Of a DNA stretch of 64,000 bases, positions 45,424 to 53,766 are shown one piece after another (position 1 is the first letter of the stretch; each line of letters starts with the position of its first letter). Origin of the DNA: Thermoplasmata archaeon. GTDB taxonomy: Archaea; Thermoplasmatota; Thermoplasmata; Thermoplasmatales; GCA-001856825. Location: positions 812 to 64,811 of the forward strand of contig JAJZYT010000003.1 of assembly GCA_021797915.1 (NCBI GenBank). The letters are read 5' to 3'. Position numbers and translations under genes: made by a program. A model generated the notes under the pieces. The model had not been told where the DNA came from, did not search any database, and saw nothing but the letters and a program-made list of their open reading frames with translations.

Positions 45424-47385
45424 CTATTTAATGCCACCATCTATTGGAATCATGGTGCCGGTTGTAGCCCCAAATACGTTGTCCCTGATCAATTGAATAA
45501 CGATGTTGGCCACGTGTTCTGGGAGTACTTCCACGTGAAGCAGATTACCCTTCTTGTATTCATCCGGGGAAATCCCCTTTGCCTTCGCTCTGTTCTCTAG
45601 CACTCCTCCTTCCCATATCTTGGATTCCCTGAAAATCTTGTCTGGGTTGATTACGTTGCTTCTTATTCCGTACTTTCCTCCTTCGAGTGCAACGTACCTT
45701 GAAAGTTGTGCCGCAAATGCCTTCGAAGTCCCATAAGACATCATACCCTCTCCGGGATTTGTCACATTTTTGGTAATATTGAAGATAAAAGATCCTCCAA
45801 TTCCCTGTTTTTTCATGATCAGAAAGGCTTCTTTCGTCACCAGGAAAGTTCCTATGGAGTTTATGTTCACGTGTTTCCTCAGGTCATCAAGGGATGTATC
45901 CTCAAGCGGGGAAGGTTTCAGAAAACCAGCATTGTTAAAAACGACATCGATTCCTCCAAACTGTTTCACTATCTCTCTATAAGCCTGCCTGACTGAGTCT
46001 TCGCTGGATATATCAAATTTCACGCCAAATGCAGACGGTCCCAGTTCTCTGGAAACTTCAGATATTTTCTGGTCTATGTCTCCTCCTACTCCTACCATTC
46101 CCTCTTCCACAAATCTTGAAAAAGTAATTTTGCCTATTCCACTGGCAGCTCCCGTAACGAGTCCTATATATCCCTCCAGAGTCCCCTTCTTTTTCCTCGT
46201 GAGTTTGGCCTCCTGAAAGGGCCAGTACTCCATATCAAAACACTCTGCATCTGTGATGAACTTGTTCTCCGAAATAGCAGCGGCCGCTGACGCAACCCGG
46301 AAGGAATGTATAGCTTCATCCCGCACTATATCGGCTTCCCTCTTGGAGGATGCCGCAGTTACTAAACCGTAACCCTTGATAACAATAACGGACGGGAATG
46401 GGTCGTGCATAGTTCTCCCTGCAGCAACGTACTTCTCGAAGTCCGATTTGTACTCTTCTGCAAAACTGTTGATCTCGTCTTGCAGCTTGGAAAGATCTTC
46501 TGAATAGAGATAGTTCTTTTTCATTCTAACCAACATGTCTGGAGTTGCAGGACCGAGATTAGCGAACCGTTTGGCTTCTGTACTGAGTGAAAAGCCAACT
46601 GCTTCATCCGAATTGTCCCAAGTCAGAATTTTCTTATTTTGCTTGCTTAACATGCCCCTCAGTCTCGGCAGAAATTCGAGGAAAATGTTTTCCTTTTCTT
46701 TTTCAAATTTCGTTGTCGGTATTCCCGCCCATTTAGACTTGACGAACTTCTTAGCTTGGTTGACTAGTTTAATGTGCATCTCATAACTCTCTCTGGCAGT
46801 GTTCCCCCAGGTGACCAGGCCGTGGTTTCGTAAAATAATTCCTGCAAAATTAGAGATGTCCTTCTTGGAAATAGTTTCCAGGAAAGTTCTAGCGAGTCGA
46901 AAACCTGGCTGAACGTATGGTATAACTAGAACCTTTTCTTCGAACACGTTCGAGATTGATGCTTCATCCAGTTCTGTATTGGTTAGGGCAACTATGAAAT
47001 CTGCATGCGAATGGTCCACAAATTTGGAGTTGACGAAGGCATGTATGAAGATCTCGACAGACGGGAACGACTGACTGGTATCGAGCATACACCCCTTGAT
47101 GAAAGATGACATATCTTCATCTGACATGTTTGCGAGCACTCTTGCCTCGTTTAGGTTGTCCAAGTTCACGGCAGTGAAATCTTCGATGTTTACCGTTGCA
47201 AGATCAGATCCAGATCCTTTTACAAATAGAGCAGAAACATCCTTACTCGTCAGACTTCTGACCTTAAGTTTGACGCTCGTATTTCCCCCTCCGTGGAGTA
47301 CCAAACTATTGTCAGATCCAAGGGATCTGGAGGTAGCGGCCCTTTCTTCAAGTAGTTTCTTTTCCTGTTCTGGAATGGTGAACAT
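45424..47385 (-). CDS. bifunctional class II aldolase / short-chain dehydrogenase (rhamnulose-1-phosphate aldolase/alcohol dehydrogenase-like)
   Basis: N-terminal aldolase domain (LVLHGGGNTSVK). C-terminal SDR domain (VTGAASGIGK, NNAG, YGTSKAF). The ATG at 47385 is preferred over the track start at 47433. Confidence 0.8.
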   Translation of the reverse strand: MFTIPEQEKKLLEERAATSRSLGSDNSLVLHGGGNTSVKLKVRSLTSKDVSALFVKGSGSDLATVNIEDFTAVNLDNLNEARVLANMSDEDMSSFIKGCMLDTSQSFPSVEIFIHAFVNSKFVDHSHADFIVALTNTELDEASISNVFEEKVLVIPYVQPGFRLARTFLETISKKDISNFAGIILRNHGLVTWGNTARESYEMHIKLVNQAKKFVKSKWAGIPTTKFEKEKENIFLEFLPRLRGMLSKQNKKILTWDNSDEAVGFSLSTEAKRFANLGPATPDMLVRMKKNYLYSEDLSKLQDEINSFAEEYKSDFEKYVAAGRTMHDPFPSVIVIKGYGLVTAASSKREADIVRDEAIHSFRVASAAAAISENKFITDAECFDMEYWPFQEAKLTRKKKGTLEGYIGLVTGAASGIGKITFSRFVEEGMVGVGGDIDQKISEVSRELGPSAFGVKFDISSEDSVRQAYREIVKQFGGIDVVFNNAGFLKPSPLEDTSLDDLRKHVNINSIGTFLVTKEAFLIMKKQGIGGSFIFNITKNVTNPGEGMMSYGTSKAFAAQLSRYVALEGGKYGIRSNVINPDKIFRESKIWEGGVLENRAKAKGISPDEYKKGNLLHVEVLPEHVANIVIQLIRDNVFGATTGTMIPIDGGIK

Positions 47386-47504
47386 GATGAATTGGGAATA
47401 ACTTCCTGATAAAATATGTTTATATATTTTCAAGGTACAATTCCAAGTCTATTAACAGGTTTCTTAAGAGACAAAAGATAAATTGGAATTGAAATTACAG
47501 TCGC

Positions 47505-49070
47505 ATGGACTCATTCTCCAATAGGGACAAGGACGTTTTTCTGATTTCCTGCGAGAAGATGGTCGATCGAGGAGCTCTCATGTCGCGGTACAGCAGGACG
47601 AGGGAGCTGGATATAAGAACCCTATGGGACAAGGAGTTCGCCAACGTTTCTGACAGAGGAGAAAAGTTCTACGAGAGGGTATTTTTGGAGTATGGAGATG
47701 AGTCTGTGGCCGAACTTGCTACTGCTCAGGTCGGGATTCAAAATGTGAGTAATGTCCTATCCAAGATCATAGAAGAGAGCAGAATTGGATTATCATATCT
47801 GGAGAAAAGTTCGAGATACGTATCGTACAGGGAAAAGAGAGATGGCAGATACTTGTACCTGGGCCCGCAAGAGGCTGGCATCCCAGAAAGATTCAATCAA
47901 AGATACGACGAGTTCAACGATTCACTATTCGAGTTGTACGAGAAGATCTTCGTGGGAGTTTCGAGTTATATCAAGGTGAACAATTCATTTGAGAACACAA
48001 AATTCAACCTTCCGAATGGCAAAGAAGTCAAACCCGGAGATGAAGATTCATCTGAGGAGGTCCTGAGGAAGGCATATGAAAGCGCGGTAAGGAGCAGGGC
48101 CCTCGATGAAACCAGGTTCATACTACCTGCATCGACTTTGACGAACATTGGCGTTAGCGGGAACGCTCGTGCTTTTTCTCATTTGCTCGAAAGGTTAAGG
48201 GTTAGCGGACTGAAAGAGGCGGAAAAACTCTACTCGAATCTATTGGATGAGTTGAAGCTAGTCTTTCCAAAGTTAATTGATAATGTTGAAAATCCTCACG
48301 GTATAGATAACATAGAATTTCTAAAATCTGTGAAGAATTTTGTTCCAGAAAAAATCATCGCGGATAAGATGCCGTTGAATAATTCCGTCAAGTTGGTGCA
48401 GTCAGAAAATGATGACGTTGTTCTCAGCAAGGTGCTTTCAAGCTATTACTTTGAAAAAACGGACGGGAGTTACGAATCTCTCTATTCTACATTTTCGTTA
48501 CTGAGCGTTCCAAAGAAGAAAGAGATTCTTGACAAGATTGCATCTTTGAGGAAGAACAGGAGGAACAAACTGGACAGGAGCTTTGAGCACGTCCATTACA
48601 CATTCGAAATTGGGACCAATTTTGGCGCTTTCAGAGACCTACAAAGACACCGTTCCTTGACCCTACAGAGAAAGAGTTTAAGTGCAGAGCACGGGTTTGA
48701 TGTACCACCAATAATATCAAAACTTGAGGATCTATCGAGAGAATACAAAAGAATGATCGATGAGTCAAAGAAACTCTATGAAGACATATATTCGGTTGAC
48801 AAAAATGCAGCTCAGTATGTTGTGATTTTTGCCCACAAACATCCAATATTAGTGACGATAAATCTTCGTGAGCTTGTGTATCTGACAGAACTGAGATCTA
48901 CTCCGCAAGCTCATTTTGATTTGAGAAACATTAGCAGGGAAATGGTCCGTCAGGTAAGAGAAGCGAACCCGTCCCTCGAGTCACTGTTCAAGTTCCTGAA
49001 CACAAACGAAGAGGAACTTGGAAGACTCCGCGCCGAGCTGAGGAAAGAAATAAAACTTAAGAAAGCCTGA
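47505..49070 (+). CDS. thyX: tandem-domain ThyX-family protein (FAD-dependent thymidylate synthase-like)
   Basis: The C-terminal half carries the ThyX signature RHRSLTLQRKS (RHR-x7-S). The N-terminal half is ThyX-like but degenerate (GDESVAEL for GHxSxxEH; ESRIGLSYLEKSSRY for RHRxxSxxQxSxRY). 521 aa, against about 220-250 aa for typical ThyX. Confidence 0.75.
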   Translation: MDSFSNRDKDVFLISCEKMVDRGALMSRYSRTRELDIRTLWDKEFANVSDRGEKFYERVFLEYGDESVAELATAQVGIQNVSNVLSKIIEESRIGLSYLEKSSRYVSYREKRDGRYLYLGPQEAGIPERFNQRYDEFNDSLFELYEKIFVGVSSYIKVNNSFENTKFNLPNGKEVKPGDEDSSEEVLRKAYESAVRSRALDETRFILPASTLTNIGVSGNARAFSHLLERLRVSGLKEAEKLYSNLLDELKLVFPKLIDNVENPHGIDNIEFLKSVKNFVPEKIIADKMPLNNSVKLVQSENDDVVLSKVLSSYYFEKTDGSYESLYSTFSLLSVPKKKEILDKIASLRKNRRNKLDRSFEHVHYTFEIGTNFGAFRDLQRHRSLTLQRKSLSAEHGFDVPPIISKLEDLSREYKRMIDESKKLYEDIYSVDKNAAQYVVIFAHKHPILVTINLRELVYLTELRSTPQAHFDLRNISREMVRQVREANPSLESLFKFLNTNEEELGRLRAELRKEIKLKKA

Positions 49071-49196
49071 GTCTGCTTACCCTTAAGCGTACGTGTAAGT
49101 ATCCACGAGGGAAAGTTTTATTAAGGTACTATAAGTTGGAAACTCACGTCAAGAATTATTCGTCTAGGTTATGTATTATTCGTTGCGGTTGCCCTG

Positions 49197-50372
49197 ATGG
49201 TACCGTCAGTGACTCTAGCACAAACAACAGATTCTAGTGCAAACAACCGCCCCCATGATTCGATACAATCTATTCTGTCTGAGCAATCGATCGATATCGA
49301 AGTGAATGCCATCCAGAAGTCACTTCTAATTCACAATTTTCCATTCAACTATAAGAATTCGGTGGGAATTCTGGAGAACTTATCATACTCCGCATTGGTA
49401 AATATAACAAGAGCCCCTAATTTTCTGAGTTATTTAGACAGCTATTCTAATAGTTCTCAAGTCTACTTGACTCAAGGAATGACATATAATTATTCCAGCC
49501 AACAATACGGGGTTTATGCGAATATCAACGTACTCGGAAATGCGAGCCAAATTACTCTAACATTTGCCTATGCGTCCAATAACAAGACCATTTATGGCCC
49601 TCAGATCATCAATGAGTCTCAAACGTTAGCATCATCCGAAAATTACAGCTGGGCAGGATATGAGTTCTACGACCCGGGAAATGGGATAAGTTACAATAAT
49701 GCCCAGTTTAACGTGAGTAACATCAGTCTACCGAGCTTTATCGTTAGCCCGACTGCGATGGCGGCTTGGATAGGTATGACGGACATACCAGGGGGAACGG
49801 ACGGTAACATGGTGCAAACTGGATACAGCAGGTGGCATTATGGTGACTATCCCGGTATCTGGGAACCCTACGAAAACTGGTACCAAACTTGGATAAAAGG
49901 AACTGGAGTTTACTACCAACTATATAACAATATTTCCTATTCTTACCCAGGCTGGGTTCTTGATTTTTCTATTAACTACGTGAGCAGCGCAAATAAAGTA
50001 GATTATTCATTAATAGCGGAAAATGTTTCAGAAGTTTCAACAGCGTTGACCCCTTACTATGTAACCTCGATGTACGCTCAATACATGGTGGAAGCACCTT
50101 ACAATAAAGACTTTGGTCAATCACAAATAGCAGTCTTCCACCCAAATGAAATCTTCATGTATCCAAGCGTAGTAAATACCGCTGGTATCAGTATGAATTT
50201 GAACACTCTTCATGGCAATGGTGATTTCGTTTTAGATATCATGAATCAGTTTCCCAGTTACCCTAATAATGAGAACATCTATGATCTGAGTACCTGGCAG
50301 CAATCCAACGGACAGTGGTTTTGGGAACCAGATATGCAATATAATAACTCTCTTACGTCCATAAGCGGTTGA
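49197..50372 (+). CDS. secreted glutamic peptidase, family G1 (eqolisin-like); true start probably upstream
   Basis: G1 signature contexts NYSWAGY, AAWIGMTD...MVQTGY (catalytic Gln), YENWYQTW and AQYMVEAP (catalytic Glu). A signal-peptide-like in-frame sequence lies upstream of the first ATG (see findings). Confidence 0.72.
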   Translation: MVPSVTLAQTTDSSANNRPHDSIQSILSEQSIDIEVNAIQKSLLIHNFPFNYKNSVGILENLSYSALVNITRAPNFLSYLDSYSNSSQVYLTQGMTYNYSSQQYGVYANINVLGNASQITLTFAYASNNKTIYGPQIINESQTLASSENYSWAGYEFYDPGNGISYNNAQFNVSNISLPSFIVSPTAMAAWIGMTDIPGGTDGNMVQTGYSRWHYGDYPGIWEPYENWYQTWIKGTGVYYQLYNNISYSYPGWVLDFSINYVSSANKVDYSLIAENVSEVSTALTPYYVTSMYAQYMVEAPYNKDFGQSQIAVFHPNEIFMYPSVVNTAGISMNLNTLHGNGDFVLDIMNQFPSYPNNENIYDLSTWQQSNGQWFWEPDMQYNNSLTSISG

Positions 50373-50373
50373 A

Positions 50374-51147
50374 ATGACCAAAAACGAAAGTATCGGATCA
50401 CTCGAGAAGACAAAAAAAGGCATAATGAAAGCGACTATCGTCTTCATCTTAGCTGAGTCCCTATTCCTTTTTTGTTTAATCCAGATTTTCTTAGGGAACA
50501 TTACCAACCTTCCAGTTCTCCATTTGTACTTCTACCACTATTTTAGATTTATGTTTTATGAACCTAACGGCTCGATAGGACCCAGTAGCAACTGGGTTCC
50601 TTTCGAATTTGATGCTTTCTTGGCTTCACTGGCGGGATGGCAAACTGTAATGTTTCAGAGGGTAGTGTGGTTAATTACGACTATTTTTATGATTCTCTCT
50701 ATTACAACTCCGGCAATATACTTAGTCAAATTTCATAAGTTAAATAGGAGAATTTGTGAAATTAGGCCCACTTTTGGTGAAAACATCCTTCCACCTATAA
50801 AGTTGAAGAGTCTGATTCCTCTTCTTGCAAGTGGAACAGTTGTTGCATACTATTGGGTAAAGATACTCTTAGGCAACATCATTTTTCTTCCTGGGTTCCA
50901 CTATATATTTGGTACCTATTTCAGAGGATATCTCGAAGTTGTTAACCCCTTTTCAAACGATGGATATCCAATTCATCCAATAGCCGTTGCTCAGAATTAT
51001 CATTTTGCAGTCTACTTCATCTGGGCAGTATTTAATGTCTTTTCAGCAGGCTTGGCTTTGATTGGAGTCGTGACTTACTCTCTAATGGAAAAGAAAACAA
51101 GTAAATCTACTGAAACCATTTCTTCGTCTAGACCAGAAATTCAGTAA
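50374..51147 (+). CDS. hypothetical membrane protein with internal duplication
   Basis: 257 aa made of two modules of about 120 aa (…AESLFLFCLIQIFLGNITNLP… and …YYWVKILLGNIIFLPGFHY…). Each resembles the 131-aa protein at 36218. It starts 1 nt after the G1 peptidase stop. Confidence 0.6.
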   Translation: MTKNESIGSLEKTKKGIMKATIVFILAESLFLFCLIQIFLGNITNLPVLHLYFYHYFRFMFYEPNGSIGPSSNWVPFEFDAFLASLAGWQTVMFQRVVWLITTIFMILSITTPAIYLVKFHKLNRRICEIRPTFGENILPPIKLKSLIPLLASGTVVAYYWVKILLGNIIFLPGFHYIFGTYFRGYLEVVNPFSNDGYPIHPIAVAQNYHFAVYFIWAVFNVFSAGLALIGVVTYSLMEKKTSKSTETISSSRPEIQ

Positions 51148-51390
51148 ATTCAAATAGTGAGCATCCTCTTCGGTGGGGCGCCGAAAGCTGAGAGAATTTC
51201 TGAAAACTTGGCTCACCCCAGGATGAACGGAGCAGTATATTCAAACGGTTCTGACGCTCACGTGGATTACACAAAGATGGAGAGGGAGCTCATTGAGAAA
51301 CTGAAGATAGACTTGTAGTGATATCTATAAGAGATTTGCGGGGAAGTCAAGAGGGGGAGTTAGTAGTCTTTCATAGGTATCCGCCTTAAT

Positions 51391-52609
51391 TCAGATTCCA
51401 GTGGAAGCTATCCTCCCCCTCTCCGTCGGTCTTCTTTCCCTGTATGGTTTCTTGTTTTTCATGATTGAATATGTGTGGTAGAGGAGCCTCTTCCCCACAG
51501 CGATGTAAGCAGCATTGTTGTTCTTCCCTTTCTCTTTCTCTCTCAGGAACAGTTCATAGAATTCTCCGGACATGTGCTTCACAAGTGAAACTGCGCTCTC
51601 ATGGACAGCGTTGGAGAGATAGGCGTTTCTTATCTTTGTCACTCCCCTTGGAAATGCTTTGCCCCCAGATCCTTCCATGTCAGGGCACTTTCCCACCATA
51701 GCTCTGGAGCTTCAGTGCTGAATCGAACTGCTCAATTCTGCCGATCTCTGAGACTATTGATGCAGAATTTACCTTCCCCATTCCCCTTATGTCAGAGAGG
51801 TATGCTACCGTCTGATTGTTCTCAGATCTCTTAATGATCTCTTTGTCAAGCTCGGAAAGAGTGTCAATCTCCTGCCTCAGTCTCTTCACATTGATGCGTA
51901 TCCTCGTTGCATATGCGTCTTCAATATCGGGTATTCCGATGCTCTCGAGTGCAAGTGCATGAACCTTCTCCGCTGAGCCGTCCTTTGTGTGGTTCCTGCT
52001 CTCCATGTTCATATCTGCCTGAATATCCTTGACAGAAGCTGCTGAGATATTCTCGGGAGTGGTATATTTCTCCAGTATCATGAGGGCTGTCACGCTATCC
52101 AGTGAAAACATTGTGCCGAACTCTGGAAAGATTGCAGAAATGTCTGCCCATATGAAGTTCTTTATCCTGGTGATGTTGTTGCTTACAATCTTCCTCAATC
52201 TGGTTATTTCAGACAAAGGGTCCCTCTCGTGTCCCTTTCTCTCCAAGTACTTCTTGCTTTTCCATGGTGTAGAAGCAAGAATATGGGCATCTTCTGGATC
52301 TGATTTTTCCTTTCCTAAGTTCTCCACGCCCCTCATGTTCTTCGCGACCCTTGTATCCACGCAGTAAACGGTGAAACCGTTCTTCTCAAGGAAGTGTTTC
52401 ACAGGCAGGTGATAGTTGGCTGTCGGGTTCACAAATATTCCAATCACTTTGTCACCGTTGCTCTCCTCCAGCACATGTATCTTTTCCACAAGGCTTTCAA
52501 GACCTGATCTGTTGTTCATTATTCTTCCGGACCATAGCACAATTTCGTTGTTGTTCTGCACTTCCGCCTGATGCGCATTTTCGTGTGTGTCTATTCCTAG
52601 AGTAAGCAT
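51391..52609 (-). pseudogene. IS110-family DEDD transposase, split by a +1 frameshift near 51680-51699
   Basis: Frame A (51680..52609) has LGIDTHENAH, DPEDAHILA and IRGMGKVNSASIVSEIGRIEQF, and ends ...SYGGKVP*. Frame B (51391..51699) continues DMEGSGGKAFPRGVTKIRNAYLSNAV..., the conserved Transposase_20-type C-terminus. Confidence 0.8.
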
Positions 52610-52868
52610 CTATATCATCCTCTGCCTATCTCCTTACGCGGGGAGTACTGATCAGACCACACACATCTATGACTTCCCGGGCGGGAAGAATGTGCCGATT
52701 AGTTAATTTGATCAGGGTGGATTCAAAGCTGAGTGCGCCATTGCACACAATCACTACATACCACCCCTCCCCACATCCGGATTCGGCTTACCCGAATCAC
52801 ACAAGGATATAGGTTGTATCCCTTATAGCACTCAAAATAGGGCGAAGTCAGGGTGTAAGGCAGTTAGT
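52610..52868 (-). ncRNA. candidate IS110 bridge-RNA-like structured leader
   Basis: The non-coding left end upstream of the transposase contains several strong hairpins: 52780-52798 (GAUUCGG-GUAAG-CCGAAUC), 52733-52748 (GUGUGC-AAUG-GCGCAC on the minus strand) and 52672-52687 (CUUCC-CGCCCG-GGAAG). The extent and function are inferred from the family only. Confidence 0.35.
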
Positions 52869-53690
52869 CTAGGCTCTGTCGACAGAGGGCTTCTCCCCGA
52901 CCGTTGACTTGTTTTCCGCGAATATGTTTTGGGCTTCCTTGACGGTTGCCTTTTCATGAACGATCGCCCTGATTGCCTTTATCATTGCAACAGGTTTTTC
53001 ATTTTGCCAAATGTTTCTTCCCATATCCACCCCGACGGCTCCCTCTTGGAGGGCGTTATAGACGAGGTTGAAAACGTCCGTCTCGGTGTTTAACTTTGGC
53101 CCACCGGCAACAACCAGTGGTACTGGCGTTCCATCGGCTACCTTCCTGAAATTCTCGCAATAGTAAGTCTTCACAACGTGCGCACCTAATTCAGCCGCAA
53201 GTCTGCAAGCCAGAGCGAGATACTTTGCATCCCTCTTCTCAAGTTCCTTACCTACTGCGGTTATTGCCATGACCGGCATACCAAAGTCTTCCCCCTGGTT
53301 GACCAGTTCTCCGAGATTGATAAGTGACTGTTTCTCATGTGGTGTCCCAACAAAGATAGACAACGCGACTGCTGAAACGTTGAGTCTCACAGCATCTTCC
53401 ATGGATGTAGTAATCTCTTCATCGCTCAAGTCCTCTTTGAGAACGCTCGCTCCTCCAGAGACCCTCAGCAGGATCGGAGTATCCCACTTGGGATCGATGG
53501 AAGATCTCAGGATGCCCCTGGTGACTGCGACGGTGTCTGCGTATGGTAACAGCGGTTCGAGCATCTTTCTTGGATTTTCTAGTTTGTGCGTTGGTCCCAT
53601 GAAGTATCCATGGTCGGCTGCGAGCATCACGGATCGTCCAGTGGAAGGCTTTATCATTCTTGAAATTCGGTTACTCATTCCCCAGTCCAT
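52869..53690 (-). CDS. class I aldolase, DhnA/FbaB (DeoC/LacD) family
   Basis: 273 aa with MLAADHGYFMGP and the Schiff-base Lys context AHVVKTYY. The function could be FBP aldolase class IA or ADH synthase. Confidence 0.78.
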   Translation of the reverse strand: MDWGMSNRISRMIKPSTGRSVMLAADHGYFMGPTHKLENPRKMLEPLLPYADTVAVTRGILRSSIDPKWDTPILLRVSGGASVLKEDLSDEEITTSMEDAVRLNVSAVALSIFVGTPHEKQSLINLGELVNQGEDFGMPVMAITAVGKELEKRDAKYLALACRLAAELGAHVVKTYYCENFRKVADGTPVPLVVAGGPKLNTETDVFNLVYNALQEGAVGVDMGRNIWQNEKPVAMIKAIRAIVHEKATVKEAQNIFAENKSTVGEKPSVDRA

Positions 53691-53766
53691 TTTTTCTTCC
53701 CCTTTTTAGCGGCCGCAAATGCCATCTTAGGCTAATAATATTTCTGTAGCAGGGACTGGCCAATCA

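Larger units (their letters stand above)
51319..52868 (-). mobile_element. IS110-family insertion sequence (ends approximate)
   Basis: The transposase gene plus a non-coding 5' region of about 260 nt fills the gap between an orphan ORF stop (51318) and the aldolase stop (52869). The size of about 1.55 kb fits IS110. No terminal inverted repeats were seen, as expected for this family. Confidence 0.7.
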
